A stretch of 64,000 nucleotides of DNA, taken from assembly GCA_947450495.1 (NCBI GenBank), contig CANFVX010000001.1:16434-80433 (forward strand), in the 5' to 3' direction. The notes below the pieces were generated by a model, which was given only the letters and a program-made list of their open reading frames with translations, did not search any database and was not told the origin of the DNA. A program made the translations under genes and the position numbers. Below, one piece after another: positions 53,912 to 64,000 of this stretch. How positions within the stretch are numbered: position 1 is the first letter of the stretch; every line of letters starts with the position of its first letter. The stretch is from Gammaproteobacteria bacterium (GTDB lineage: Bacteria > Pseudomonadota > Gammaproteobacteria > Ga0077536).

Positions 53912-56797
53912 TCATTCGAACATCAGTCGTTGCCACACCGCTGCGACGGCCGATCGATGCGTCACGAGGCTCGTGACGTCGACCAGTCCATCCACTTCCT
54001 GCAGGGCGCAACGATGAACTTCAGCGCGATACGCGAAGTAGGCGTCGTGCAGGACGCGGCAGTCTTCGCGCGGCATCAGCGCTAGATCGCGGGTGAGATC
54101 CAGCAGCCGCAAGTTGTCGGTGTAGGCCGTAAGTATTTGATGACGCGAGGCCCAGCGGAGGCAGGCGTATTGCACCATAAATTCTATGTCGGTGATACCG
54201 CCGACGCCCTGCTTCAAATCGAACTGTCGGGCACTTGAACGATCGAGCGTGGCGCGCATGCGCTCACGCATTTCGCTAATTTCGTGGCGGAGTTTTAGGG
54301 GCTCGCGGGTTTGACGCAGGACCTCGCAGCGGAGTGCGTTGAATCCCACGATGAGCTCGAAACTGCCGGCGACCCCGCGTGCGCGCAGCAGCGCCTGATG
54401 CTCCCAGGTCCACGCCGACTTCGTCTGATAGTCGGCAAACGCTTTCATGGTGGTGATCAGCAGTCCGGACGAGCCGCTGGGCCGCAGGCGCAAGTCGAGC
54501 TCATAGGCAAACCCCGCGGGCGTTCGGGTGCCGAGCAAATGGATGACCCGCTGGGCAAGACGCGTGAAGAACACTTCATTGGCGATTGGCCGGGCGCCGT
54601 CGGTTTCTGCCGTCGTCTCGCTGCCGTCGTGCAGGAACACCAGATCGAGATCCGAGCTGTACCCGAGCTCCCGCCCGCCGAGCTTGCCGTAGGCAATTAC
54701 CGCAAAACCGGCGGCGTGCACGTGCCCGGCGCGGGTGACCTGCGGGCGTCCGTGACGCGCAATCAGATCGCCCCAGGCGAGGGTCAGCGCGCGCTTCAGC
54801 AAGGCTTCAGCAATCCAGCTCAAATGATTGCTGACCTCCGCGATGGGATAGTTCGCCAGCAGGTCGCAGGCGGCGACGCGCAGCACCTGCTGGTGCTTGA
54901 AGGTCCGCAAGGCATCCATGACTTGTTCGAGATCAGCGGCCTCAACGCTGGCGAGTGCGTTATCGAGGAGCAGGCCTAGTTCGGCCGCATCGGGCGGCGC
55001 GCCGAGCAGGCGTTGGTCGAGTAATTCATCCAGCACAATCGGCCACCGCGCGATTTGGGTCGCCGCCCAGGAACTTTGCGCGCACAGCGCTACCAGTCGC
55101 TCGAGCGCGAGCCGATGGTCGGCCAGCAAGGCGAGATACACCGAGCGACCGGCCACGGCACGGATCAGGGCGGCGACCCGTTCGAGGACCACTGCGCCGT
55201 CGGGCCGCTTGGCGCAACTTGCCAACAGGCGCGGCATCAGGCGATCGAGGCGATCGCGACCCGTGCTCGAGAGACCAGCCACAAACCGCGCGGACTGCAA
55301 ATCCGCCAGCGTCGCAGCCACCGCCGCCGGCTCGGCAAAGCCCGCTTCCGCCAGCGCCCCGGTCGCCGCCGCCGAGGCGTCCGGCGCGCGCCAGAGCTGA
55401 GCGGACCAGAGGCTGCCTCGCGTCACCTCGGGGTCGGCGGGGGCCGGCATTAACAGCCCTGCAAAGCCCTCCCGCACGGCACCTCGATGCGCCTCTAATA
55501 CGACTTCAAAGCTCGCCCAGTCGGCATAGCCCATGCCGCAGGCCAGACGCGCCTGCGCCAGCGAGTCCTCCGGCAGGCTCTGGGTTTGCGCATCGTGCAC
55601 CTGCTGCAAGCGATGCTCGGTGACGCGCAAAAAGCGATAGGCCGCCGTGAGGGCCTGAGCTTCCTGCGGCGTCAGCAAGCCGAGCTTCGCGCAGCGCTCG
55701 AGCACGGGCTGGATGGGCGAGACACGCAATCCGGGCTCGCGACCGCCACGCACCAGCTGCAGGGCCTGCCCGATGAACTCCACCTCGCGGATCCCGCCCG
55801 CGCCCCGCTTGATGTCGCGCGTCAGCGCCCCGTCCCGCGCGACCTCGGCGTCGATCATCGCTTTCATCTCGCGCACGGATTCAATCGCGCCAAAGTCGAG
55901 ATAGCGACGATAGATAAACGGCCGCCAGATCTCCGCCAGCGCGGCGGTGTCCTCACTGCTGCCGTGAATCACCCGCGCCTTGATCAGCGCGTAGCGTTCC
56001 CAGTCGCGCCCGTGCAACTGGTAGTACTGCTCGAGCGCCGCAAAGCTCGCGGTCAGCGCGCCGCTCTCGCCAAAGGGCCGCAGTCGCATGTCCACGCGGT
56101 ACACAAAACCGTCCGGCGTGACGTCGTTCAAAAACGCGATCAGCCGCTTGCCCAGCCGATCAAAAAACTCCTGATGCGAGACGCTGCGTTCGCCGCCTAC
56201 GGTCTCGCCACCGGCGCGAAAGCAGAACACAAGATCGATGTCGGAGGAAAAATTGAGTTCGCGCCCGCCCAGCTTGCCCATCGCCACAATGACCAGCGAC
56301 AGCGGCATGCCGTCGGCGCCGAGAGGGCTGCCAAAGCGCGCGCGCAGGTCCTGATGAATCCACGCGGCGGCAGCGTCCACGAGCGCGTCGGCCAGCGCGG
56401 AGAGTTCGGCCAGCACGGTGTCCAGCGATACCTCGCCCAGCACGTCGCGGTAGGTGATGGCGGCCAGTTCGAGATTGCGGAACTGGCGCATGCTTGCGCG
56501 CAAGCTCGTTTCGTCTGCCGCCTCAGTGAAGAGCGCTGCACAGCGCTCGGCATAGGCGGCGGGCTCCCGCGTCTCGCCCGGCATCGCCAGAGCGGCCAGC
56601 CATTGCGCGGGGTGGGCAATTGCGACTTCGGCACAAAACGGGCTGAGCGCGAAGACTTGCGCCAGTGACGCGACCCGTGGTGCCGTGCCCGTGAGCGCGC
56701 AGGCGGCCTCAAATCGCTCAAGCAAACGCTCGGCCGGCGCCTGCAAGGGGGCGGGCAGGGCGCGCAGCGCATCGGTCCACGACAAGGTTTCCAACAC
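53912..56797 (-). CDS. glnE: bifunctional glutamine synthetase adenylyltransferase/adenylyl-removing enzyme
   Basis: 961 aa, two nucleotidyltransferase domains (GKLGGRELNFSSDIDLVF and GKLGGRELGYSSDLDLVF). Confidence 0.95.
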   Translation of the reverse strand: MLETLSWTDALRALPAPLQAPAERLLERFEAACALTGTAPRVASLAQVFALSPFCAEVAIAHPAQWLAALAMPGETREPAAYAERCAALFTEAADETSLRASMRQFRNLELAAITYRDVLGEVSLDTVLAELSALADALVDAAAAWIHQDLRARFGSPLGADGMPLSLVIVAMGKLGGRELNFSSDIDLVFCFRAGGETVGGERSVSHQEFFDRLGKRLIAFLNDVTPDGFVYRVDMRLRPFGESGALTASFAALEQYYQLHGRDWERYALIKARVIHGSSEDTAALAEIWRPFIYRRYLDFGAIESVREMKAMIDAEVARDGALTRDIKRGAGGIREVEFIGQALQLVRGGREPGLRVSPIQPVLERCAKLGLLTPQEAQALTAAYRFLRVTEHRLQQVHDAQTQSLPEDSLAQARLACGMGYADWASFEVVLEAHRGAVREGFAGLLMPAPADPEVTRGSLWSAQLWRAPDASAAATGALAEAGFAEPAAVAATLADLQSARFVAGLSSTGRDRLDRLMPRLLASCAKRPDGAVVLERVAALIRAVAGRSVYLALLADHRLALERLVALCAQSSWAATQIARWPIVLDELLDQRLLGAPPDAAELGLLLDNALASVEAADLEQVMDALRTFKHQQVLRVAACDLLANYPIAEVSNHLSWIAEALLKRALTLAWGDLIARHGRPQVTRAGHVHAAGFAVIAYGKLGGRELGYSSDLDLVFLHDGSETTAETDGARPIANEVFFTRLAQRVIHLLGTRTPAGFAYELDLRLRPSGSSGLLITTMKAFADYQTKSAWTWEHQALLRARGVAGSFELIVGFNALRCEVLRQTREPLKLRHEISEMRERMRATLDRSSARQFDLKQGVGGITDIEFMVQYACLRWASRHQILTAYTDNLRLLDLTRDLALMPREDCRVLHDAYFAYRAEVHRCALQEVDGLVDVTSLVTHRSAVAAVWQRLMFE

Positions 56798-56896
56798 AAG
56801 GGTCTCCGCTTAGAGGCCTGTGAATCATAAGGGGCGAGCGGCGCATCGCACTTGCGCTGGCTTCTGCCCGCGGGACGCCTGCACCATAATGCCGGC

Positions 56897-58048
56897 ATGA
56901 AACGCCCGCTCGACAGCAAACTGCCGCACGTCGGCACCACCATTTTTACCGTGATGTCGCAGATGGCGGCGGAATGCGGTGCGATCAATCTCTCGCAGGG
57001 CTTTCCGGACTACGACGGTCCGTCCGCGCTCAAGGAAGCGGTGAAGCAGCACATCGATCGCGGCTTCAATCAATACCCGCCGATGGCCGGCATTCTGCCG
57101 CTGCGCGAAGCCGTCGCCGAAAAAGTGCTGAGCTGCTACGGCGCCAAGGTTTCGCCCGAGACGGAAGTCACCATTACCCCCGGCGCGACCGAAGCCATCT
57201 ACTGCGCGGTGACCGCCGTCGTGCGGCCGGGCGATGAAGTCATCATGTTCGACCCGGCCTATGACTGCTACGAGCCGGCCGTCACGCTGGCCGGCGGTGT
57301 ACCGGTGCGTTTGCCGCTGTTGCCGCCGGGTTATCGCATCGACTGGCAGCGGGTGACCGATGCCATCACGCCGCGCACCCGCATGATCATGGTGAATTCG
57401 CCGCACAACCCCACCGGCACCGTGATGGAAGCGGAGGATCTCCGCACGCTGGAGGTACTGGCCGAGCGGCACGATCTGGTGGTCTGCGCGGACGAAGTCT
57501 ACGAGCACCTTATTTTTGACGGCCGCCAGCACGAGAGCGTGCTGCGCTATCCAGCGCTGGCCGCGCGCTCGTTTGCAATTTCCTCGTTCGGCAAGACCTA
57601 CCACGTCACCGGCTGGAAGACCGGCTACTGCGTGGCGCCGCCGGCGCTTACTGCCGAACTGCGGCGGGTGCATCAGTTCGTGACTTTTGTCGGGATTACG
57701 CCCATCCAGTGGGGTCTTGCCGAATTCATGCGTTCCCATCCCGAACACCTGCAGACGCTGCCGGCGTTCTATCAACACAAACGGGATCTCTTTGTGGCGG
57801 CGATTGCGGGCTCGCGCTTCCGCACCCTGCCTTCGGCGGGCACCTACTTCCAGTTAGCCGACTACAGCGCCATCTCGGACCTGCCCGACCGCGAGTTCGT
57901 GGCCTGGCTCACCCGCAGCGTGGGCGTGGCGGCCATTCCGGTGTCGGTCTTCTACGAGCAGCCGCCGGACGCGCGCTATGTGCGCTTCTGCTTCTGCAAG
58001 AACGATGACACCCTGCGGCAGGCCGCCGCCAAGCTCGCGGTGCTGTGA
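56897..58048 (+). CDS. class I PLP aminotransferase (methionine aminotransferase YbdL-like)
   Basis: NLSQGFPDYDGP, SFGKTYHVTGWKTGY lysine motif; start at MKRPLDS (56897). Confidence 0.8.
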   Translation: MKRPLDSKLPHVGTTIFTVMSQMAAECGAINLSQGFPDYDGPSALKEAVKQHIDRGFNQYPPMAGILPLREAVAEKVLSCYGAKVSPETEVTITPGATEAIYCAVTAVVRPGDEVIMFDPAYDCYEPAVTLAGGVPVRLPLLPPGYRIDWQRVTDAITPRTRMIMVNSPHNPTGTVMEAEDLRTLEVLAERHDLVVCADEVYEHLIFDGRQHESVLRYPALAARSFAISSFGKTYHVTGWKTGYCVAPPALTAELRRVHQFVTFVGITPIQWGLAEFMRSHPEHLQTLPAFYQHKRDLFVAAIAGSRFRTLPSAGTYFQLADYSAISDLPDREFVAWLTRSVGVAAIPVSVFYEQPPDARYVRFCFCKNDDTLRQAAAKLAVL

Positions 58049-58108
58049 GCCGGCGCGCGTCTGGTCTGCGTACAATCTCCGCACATTCCTGATGGCGGGG
58101 ACGTCTGA

Positions 58109-58426
58109 ATGAGCGATGTGCTCTTATGTTTTTGCACCTGCCCGACCCAGGACGTGGCCCACAGGCTGGCAGAACAGTTGGTGAACGAGCGGCTCGCGGC
58201 CTGCGTGAATATCCTGCCCGGGCTTACTTCCGTGTACCGCTGGCAGGGCGCGGTCGAGACGGCCACCGAGGTCATGCTGTGGATCAAAACCAACCGGGCC
58301 CACTATCCCCAACTCGAAGCGACCCTGCGCGCCGCGCACCCTTATGAACTCCCGGAGATCGTGGCGGTCTCCCTCAACACTGGATCACATGCGTACCTTC
58401 AATGGATAAACGATTCGCTGGCCTGA
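58109..58426 (+). CDS. cutA: divalent-cation tolerance protein CutA
   Basis: CutA1 fold, conserved YRWQG...PYELPE. Confidence 0.85.
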   Translation: MSDVLLCFCTCPTQDVAHRLAEQLVNERLAACVNILPGLTSVYRWQGAVETATEVMLWIKTNRAHYPQLEATLRAAHPYELPEIVAVSLNTGSHAYLQWINDSLA

Positions 58427-60246
58427 AACTCCTGCTCTGTGGACTATTGTTCACCGCGGCGGCCTCCGCCGGCTTGCTCGACAAGCTGGACCAACTCGGC
58501 GGCGCGGCGAAGCAGCGGGACTTTCTGCCGCCAGAGCAGGCTTTTGCCTTTAGCCACGAGGCCTACGACCAGCAGCGCTTGCCGCTGATATGGACGGTGG
58601 CCGAGGGCTACTACCTCTACCGCGACAAGCTGAAGTTCGAGTCCCCCGATGGCAGCGCGGTGATCGGCAAGCCGCAGTTCCCGCCGGCAGAAGAGAAACA
58701 GGACGAAGAGTTCGGTCGGGTCGCCATCTACAAACATGAATTGAAATTGGCGCTGCCGGTGACCCCCGCCGCTGGTGCGAGCAAGGTCCAGCTTAAAATC
58801 ACCTATCAAGGCTGCGCGGAAGACGGCATCTGCTACCCGCCAATGCACCAGACGCTGTCCTTACCCGTGGCTGCCGTGAGCGCAGTGCCGGCGCCCCCGC
58901 CTGCCCAGCCACGTACCACCACCCCGGCAGCCGAATCCGTTGATGCCGACCAGTTGAGCACGCTGCTCGCCAATAGCGGCCTGCCGGTGATCGCCGCCAC
59001 CTTCTTCGGGTTTGGCTTGTTGCTGGCGCTGACCCCCTGCGTATTTCCGATGGTGCCGATCCTGTCCAGCATCGTGGTGGGCGAGCGCGGGCCGGCCGGG
59101 GCCGGGCGCGGCCTGCTGCTTTCCGTTGTCTACGTGCTCGCGATGGCGGCGACCTATGCCGCCGTCGGGCTAACGGCCGGGCTGTTTGGCCGCAACGTGC
59201 AGGCGGCGTTTCAGCACCCCGTCGTGCTGATCGCGTTCAGCGCGCTGTTCGTGGCGCTGGCCTTGTCGATGTTCGGCTTCTTCCATCTGCAACTGCCACA
59301 GGCCTTGCGCCAGCGGCTGGAGAGCTCGCAGCAGGGAACCCGCGGCGGCAGTCTGGCCGGCGTGGCGCTAATGGGCGTGCTGTCGGCGGTGATTGTCGGC
59401 CCCTGTGTGGCGCCGCCCTTGGCCGGCGCCCTGCTGTACCTCGCCCATGAAGGCAGTCCGGTGGTCGGCGGCGTGGCCCTGTTTGCCCTCGGCCTCGGCA
59501 TGGGAGTGCCCTTGCTCATCGTCGGCGCCTCGGCCGGGCATTTTCTGCCGCGGGCCGGGGCCTGGCTGGAGCGCGTTCAGCACGTCTTCGGCGTGGTCTC
59601 GCTGGGGATGGCGATCTGGTTTCTCGGGCGCGTGCTACCGCCCACCCTGACGCTCGCGCTGTGGTCGCTATTGCTGATCGGCACCGGCATTTTTCTACGG
59701 GCGCTGGAGCCCCTGTCGGAGGTGGCCTCCGGCTGGCAGCGGCTCTGGAAAGGGCTGGGTCTGGCGCTGGTGACCTATGGCGGCGTGCTGATCGTGGGTG
59801 CCGCCGCGGGCGCCGACGACCTCCTCAAACCGCTCGCGCCGTTTACCGCTCGTTCCGAAAACCCTAGCCCTGAGCGTAAGCAAGCATTCACCACAGTGAA
59901 AGGCGCGGGGGCGCTCGCAGCCGCCGTCCAACAGGCCTCGGCGGCTGGCCAGCCGGTCTTGCTCGATTTTTATGCCGACTGGTGCGTGGAGTGCAAGCGG
60001 CTCGAACGCGAGACTTTCGCTGACCCGCAGGTGGCCAACCGCCTCGCCGGTTTCACCCTGCTCCGCGCCGACGTCACCGCCAACGATGAGACCGATCGAG
60101 CGCTCATGACAGGCTTGTCACTCTTCGGCCCACCGGCCGTTCTGCTGTATGACCCGGCGGGTCAGGAGCGGCGCGACCAGCGGCTGATCGGCTTCGCAGG
60201 GCCGGCCGAGTTTCTGGCGCGGCTGGCCGCGCTAGGCGCGCCATGA
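58402..60246 (+). CDS. dsbD: thiol:disulfide interchange protein DsbD
   Basis: Signal peptide, N-terminal domain, 8-TM core with CVFPMVP and GPCVAPP Cys pairs, C-terminal thioredoxin WCVEC; cutA-dsbD adjacency as in E. coli. Confidence 0.9.
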   Translation: MDKRFAGLKLLLCGLLFTAAASAGLLDKLDQLGGAAKQRDFLPPEQAFAFSHEAYDQQRLPLIWTVAEGYYLYRDKLKFESPDGSAVIGKPQFPPAEEKQDEEFGRVAIYKHELKLALPVTPAAGASKVQLKITYQGCAEDGICYPPMHQTLSLPVAAVSAVPAPPPAQPRTTTPAAESVDADQLSTLLANSGLPVIAATFFGFGLLLALTPCVFPMVPILSSIVVGERGPAGAGRGLLLSVVYVLAMAATYAAVGLTAGLFGRNVQAAFQHPVVLIAFSALFVALALSMFGFFHLQLPQALRQRLESSQQGTRGGSLAGVALMGVLSAVIVGPCVAPPLAGALLYLAHEGSPVVGGVALFALGLGMGVPLLIVGASAGHFLPRAGAWLERVQHVFGVVSLGMAIWFLGRVLPPTLTLALWSLLLIGTGIFLRALEPLSEVASGWQRLWKGLGLALVTYGGVLIVGAAAGADDLLKPLAPFTARSENPSPERKQAFTTVKGAGALAAAVQQASAAGQPVLLDFYADWCVECKRLERETFADPQVANRLAGFTLLRADVTANDETDRALMTGLSLFGPPAVLLYDPAGQERRDQRLIGFAGPAEFLARLAALGAP

Positions 60247-60767
60247 ACCGGAATATCCTGATTGGACTGGCCGCGTTGGCAGCTGTGGGGAGCGGTCTTG
60301 CGTTTCGTCATCTGAATCCGCCGGCGCCGCCGCCGACGGCCGCCACCAGCGACCCGCTTACCGCCACCTTTTCCGACCTGCAAGGTCAGGCCCACGCCCT
60401 TAGCGAATGGCGCGGCAAGGTGCTGGTGGTGAATTTCTGGGCCACGTGGTGCCCGCCCTGTCTGAAGGAAATTCCCAGCTTCGTTGAACTGCAGAAGCGG
60501 TATGGCGCCCAGGGCTTGCAGTTTGTCGGGGTGGCGCTGGATGACCGCGAGGCGGTGGCCAGTTTTATCGCCAGCCGCGACATGAACTACCCCATACTCG
60601 CCGGTGAGGAGGACGTCGCCCGCTATATGCAAGCGCAAGGCAACACCATCGGCGCCTTGCCGTTCACGCTGGTATTTGACCGCAACGGTCGCCTGCGCCA
60701 TACGCAGCAGGGCGAATGGGCGCATGAGGAATCGACGCGTGTATTGGCGGATTATCTCGCGCATTGA
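60243..60767 (+). CDS. TlpA/DsbE-like periplasmic thioredoxin
   Basis: N-terminal anchor; WATWCPPC active site. Confidence 0.8.
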   Translation: MNRNILIGLAALAAVGSGLAFRHLNPPAPPPTAATSDPLTATFSDLQGQAHALSEWRGKVLVVNFWATWCPPCLKEIPSFVELQKRYGAQGLQFVGVALDDREAVASFIASRDMNYPILAGEEDVARYMQAQGNTIGALPFTLVFDRNGRLRHTQQGEWAHEESTRVLADYLAH

Positions 60768-60910
60768 GCGAATAGCGTTGAACGTGGGCACATCGCCGTC
60801 GAACCTGCTCGCGAGCGCCGGCCATGTGTGCTACTTTCCACCGGCCTTGGCGCGGTGGTGAAAGCGTCCGGGACCAGGCCTTCTACTGACATCTGCGCGA
60901 CCGGGAATCC

Positions 60911-61360
60911 ATGACCGCCATCCTGCTGTTAAACGGACCCAACCTGAATCTGCTCGGCACCCGCGAGCCGGAAACCTATGGGCGACTCACGCTGGCCGAC
61001 ATCGAGCAGCAGGCGGCGACACACGCCCAGACGCTGGGCTACGCCCTCATCAGCTTCCAGACCAACGCAGAACATGCGCTGATCGAGCGCATCCACGCGG
61101 CCAAGCACGATGGCACCGGTTTCATCATCATCAACCCGGGCGCCTGGACGCATACCAGCATCGCGCTCCGCGATGCCCTGCTGGGAGTCTCGATCCCGTT
61201 TATTGAAGTTCACATTTCCAACGTGCATGCGCGGGAAGCTTTCCGCCAGCACTCCTATCTTTCCGACATTGCGCGCGGGGTGATTACCGGCCTTGGTGCG
61301 CAGGGTTATGAATTTGCGATTACCGCCGCCGCGCAGTTTCTGCGTGCGCAGGCGGCGTAA
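60911..61360 (+). CDS. aroQ: type II 3-dehydroquinate dehydratase
   Basis: [21 protein letters not shown]...[11 protein letters not shown]...HISN motifs. Confidence 0.95.
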   Translation: MTAILLLNGPNLNLLGTREPETYGRLTLADIEQQAATHAQTLGYALISFQTNAEHALIERIHAAKHDGTGFIIINPGAWTHTSIALRDALLGVSIPFIEVHISNVHAREAFRQHSYLSDIARGVITGLGAQGYEFAITAAAQFLRAQAA

Positions 61361-61383
61361 GCGTAAACACAGCGAGAAACTGC

Positions 61384-61833
61384 ATGGATATCCGAAAAGT
61401 TAAAAAACTCATCGAACTACTCGAAGAAACCGGCGTCGCCGAAATCGAAATCAAGGAAGGCGAGGAGTCGGTTCGCATCAGCCGCATGCCCACCGGCATG
61501 AGCATGGCGCCGATGGTGCACGCGAGCGCCCCGGCACCGGTGCCGGCTAGCGCGCCCGTCGCCGCGCCTGTGCCGGCCGCCGCCCCGGCCAAGCCGGAAG
61601 GCCACGTGGTGAGTTCGCCGATGGTCGGCACCTGGTACTCCTCGCCGGCGCCGGATGCGCCGGTCTTCGTCAAACTGGGTCAGACGGTGAAGGTGGGCGA
61701 CACGCTGTGCATCATCGAAGCGATGAAAATCATGAATCCCATTGAAGCGGACCGCGCCGGCACGATCGTCGCCATCCTGGTGGAAAACGGCCACCCGGTG
61801 GAGTTCGAGCAGCCACTGTTCATCATTAACTAG
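61384..61833 (+). CDS. accB: acetyl-CoA carboxylase biotin carboxyl carrier protein
   Basis: Pro/Ala linker, biotinyl motif [10 protein letters not shown]. Confidence 0.95.
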   Translation: MDIRKVKKLIELLEETGVAEIEIKEGEESVRISRMPTGMSMAPMVHASAPAPVPASAPVAAPVPAAAPAKPEGHVVSSPMVGTWYSSPAPDAPVFVKLGQTVKVGDTLCIIEAMKIMNPIEADRAGTIVAILVENGHPVEFEQPLFIIN

Positions 61834-61842
61834 GCCGCGCGC

Positions 61843-63186
61843 ATGCTTTCCAAAGTTGTCATCGCGAATCGCGGCGAGATTGCCCTGCGGGTGCTCCGGG
61901 CCTGCCGGGAACTCGGGATCAGAACGGTGGCGGTGCATTCCACCGCCGACCGCGATCTCAAGCATGTCCGTCTGGCGGACGAGTCGGTCTGCATCGGCCC
62001 GCCGCAGCCGGCTCATTCCTATCTCAACATCCCGGCGGTAATCAGCGCGGCTGAAGTTACCGACGCCGTCGCCATCCATCCGGGCTACGGGTTTCTGTCC
62101 GAGAACGCCGACTTCGCCGAGCGGGTGGAGCAGAGCGGTTTCATTTTCATCGGGCCGCGCGCTGAGACCATTCGCCTGATGGGCGACAAGATTTCCGCCA
62201 TTCGCGCCATGCGCACCGCCGGCATTCCCTGCGTGCCCGGCTCCGGCAAGCCGCTGACGGACGACATGACCGAGAACGTCCGCATCGCGCGCGACATCGG
62301 CTATCCGGTAATCATCAAGGCGTCCGGCGGCGGCGGTGGGCGCGGCATGCGCGTGGTGCACGCCGAAGCCGCGCTCAAGGCCGCCATCCAGCTGACCAAA
62401 ACCGAAGCCTTGGCCGCCTTCCAGAACGACGCCGTGTACATGGAGAAGTTTCTGGAGCATCCGCGCCACATCGAGTTTCAGGTCATCGCCGACGGCCACG
62501 GCAACTGTGTCTATCTCGGCGAACGTGATTGCTCCATGCAGCGCCGCCACCAGAAAGTCATCGAAGAATCGCCCGCGCCCGGCATCAGCCAGGAGATTCG
62601 CGACATGATGGGCCGGCGCTGTGTGGAAGCCTGCAAAACCATTAACTATCGCGGCGCCGGCACGTTTGAATTTCTGTACGAGAACGGCGAGTTCTATTTC
62701 ATCGAAATGAACACGCGCGTGCAGGTCGAACACCCGGTGACCGAAATGGTGACGGGCTTCGACATTGTGAAAGAGCAGCTGCTGATCGCCGACGGACAGC
62801 GGCTGTCGATCCGGCAGGAAGACGTGGTCATGCGCGGGCATTCGATTGAGTGCCGCATCAACGCCGAAGACCCCAAAACCTTCCGCCCTTCGCCCGGCCG
62901 CGTGAATGTCTTCCATGTACCGGGTGGCCCGGGCGTGCGGATGGATTCCCATCTCTACGACGGTTATGTCGTGCCCCCGTACTACGACTCGCTGGTGGCC
63001 AAACTCATCGTCCACGGTGAGACCCGCGCGGCGGCGCTGGCCCGCATGACCACCGCGCTGGACGAAGTCGTGGTGGACGGCATTCTCACCAACATTCCGC
63101 TCCATCGGGATCTCGTGCGTGACGCCGCCTTCGCGGCCGGCGGCACCGACATTCACTATCTCGAGCGGAGGCTCGCGCTCGATTGA
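61843..63186 (+). CDS. accC: acetyl-CoA carboxylase biotin carboxylase subunit
   Basis: ATP-grasp; [16 protein letters not shown]..., GGGGRGMR. Confidence 0.95.
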   Translation: MLSKVVIANRGEIALRVLRACRELGIRTVAVHSTADRDLKHVRLADESVCIGPPQPAHSYLNIPAVISAAEVTDAVAIHPGYGFLSENADFAERVEQSGFIFIGPRAETIRLMGDKISAIRAMRTAGIPCVPGSGKPLTDDMTENVRIARDIGYPVIIKASGGGGGRGMRVVHAEAALKAAIQLTKTEALAAFQNDAVYMEKFLEHPRHIEFQVIADGHGNCVYLGERDCSMQRRHQKVIEESPAPGISQEIRDMMGRRCVEACKTINYRGAGTFEFLYENGEFYFIEMNTRVQVEHPVTEMVTGFDIVKEQLLIADGQRLSIRQEDVVMRGHSIECRINAEDPKTFRPSPGRVNVFHVPGGPGVRMDSHLYDGYVVPPYYDSLVAKLIVHGETRAAALARMTTALDEVVVDGILTNIPLHRDLVRDAAFAAGGTDIHYLERRLALD

Positions 63187-64000
63187 GCGAGGCCTGGCTC
63201 AAGCTTCGCTTGCCGGCGGCAGACCACGAGGTCGAGCCGCTGGAAGATGCCTTGCTGGATCAGGGCGCGCTGTCGGTCTCCGTCAGCGCGCGCGACGACA
63301 CCACGCCGCGCTTCCAGACGCCCGGCGAGCCAGAACCGGCGCTGTGGGCGAATTGCGAAATCGAAGCGCTCTTTGAGGTGAGCACCGACCCGCTGGCGGT
63401 GCTCGCCGCACTCGCGGCAGATGCTCATCCGGTGGCCGGCGCGCACTACGAAGTGCTGGCCGAACGCGACTGGCAACAGAATTTCCGCCAGCAGTTTTCG
63501 CCCCGCCGCTTTGCCGGCGATTTATGGGTTGTCCCCACCTGGCATGAGCCACCGGCGGAGGCGCGCCACATCATTACGCTCGATCCCGGCATGGCGTTCG
63601 GGACCGGCACGCATCCCACTACCGGCCTGTGTCTGGACTGGTTGGGGCAACTACCCGAATTGGTCGGCGCCAGCGTGCTCGACTACGGCTGCGGGTCCGG
63701 CATTCTCGCGATCGCCGCGGCCCGTTTGGGTGCGACGCGGGTGATTGGTCTCGACATCGACCCCGAGGCCTGTCGGGTAGCGCGTGAGAACGCCCAGCAG
63801 AACGGCTGCGAATTTATCGAGATGGTGCTGCCGGCCGCGCTGCCGGCCGATCAGTTCGATGTGTTGGTGGCCAATATCCTGCTCAACCCCTTGCTTGCGC
63901 TGGCATCGCAGTTGGCCGATTTGGTGAAGCCGGGTGGGCAAATAGGGCTATCCGGTTTGTTGGCCGAGCAAGCTGACTTTGCGCTGGCCGCTTACGCGCC
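63183..64000 (+). CDS. prmA: ribosomal protein L11 methyltransferase, N-terminal about 270 aa (truncated by window end)
   Basis: TTG start overlapping accC stop; ...WLKLRL..., [35 protein letters not shown] motif. Confidence 0.85.
   Translation, partial: MSEAWLKLRLPAADHEVEPLEDALLDQGALSVSVSARDDTTPRFQTPGEPEPALWANCEIEALFEVSTDPLAVLAALAADAHPVAGAHYEVLAERDWQQNFRQQFSPRRFAGDLWVVPTWHEPPAEARHIITLDPGMAFGTGTHPTTGLCLDWLGQLPELVGASVLDYGCGSGILAIAAARLGATRVIGLDIDPEACRVARENAQQNGCEFIEMVLPAALPADQFDVLVANILLNPLLALASQLADLVKPGGQIGLSGLLAEQADFALAAYA

Noticed and set aside
55586-56668. 360-aa plus-strand ORF (and several 150-260 aa ORFs such as 1585-2367, 12791-13576, 52834-53799, 45784-46335, 48009-48542)
   Set aside because: All lie antisense or out of frame within strongly supported genes (glnE, algC, ggt, ilvE, GT4, arnT-like); Arg/Ala/Gly/Pro-rich low-complexity translations typical of GC-rich shadow ORFs
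60768-60910. Possible tRNA/sRNA or terminator in the 143-bp tlpA-aroQ spacer (hairpin ccaccg-N9-cggtgg at about 60838-60858)
   Set aside because: No tRNA-like T-loop/acceptor pattern; hairpin lacks a U-tract; too weak to call
61417-63156. 579-aa ORF on the minus strand
   Set aside because: Perfectly antisense to accC, whose product has unmistakable biotin carboxylase motifs; long stop-free antisense frames are expected at about 65% GC

Overview
This 64-kb window is dense, almost entirely core chromosome from a high-GC (about 63-67% over most of the window) gammaproteobacterium. The gene order recalls Pseudomonas-type synteny: coaBC-algC-argB, the aa3 cytochrome oxidase cluster, comF/bioBFCD, gyrB-recF-dnaN-dnaA | rpmH-rnpA-yidC-mnmE, and glnE-ilvE followed by LPS core glycosyltransferases. 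I can support about 65 protein genes, 3 hairpin terminators, and a DnaA-box-containing regulatory region. I found no tRNA, rRNA, CRISPR, IS element, integrase, prophage or toxin-antitoxin signature, and no cargo-like novel system. The window contains the chromosomal origin-proximal gene block. Gene orientation flips from minus to plus exactly at the dnaA/rpmH junction (about 38.8 kb). The features worth a second look are: (1) candidate origin/DnaA-box architecture sits between dnaA and dnaN rather than in the box-free dnaA-rpmH spacer; (2) a pronounced GC trough (down to about 45%) is centred on dnaN/dnaA inside an otherwise about 65% GC sequence; (3) rnpA has no canonical start codon (possible CTG start overlapping the rpmH stop); (4) algC is fused to an about 380-aa two-TM N-terminal domain; (5) dut, ftsEX, bioH and yidD are missing from normally conserved positions; (6) an 11-gene LPS core/ligase locus carries WecB, GT25, an ArnT-like GT39/83 enzyme, a DsbA-like isomerase and an ELM1-family protein.
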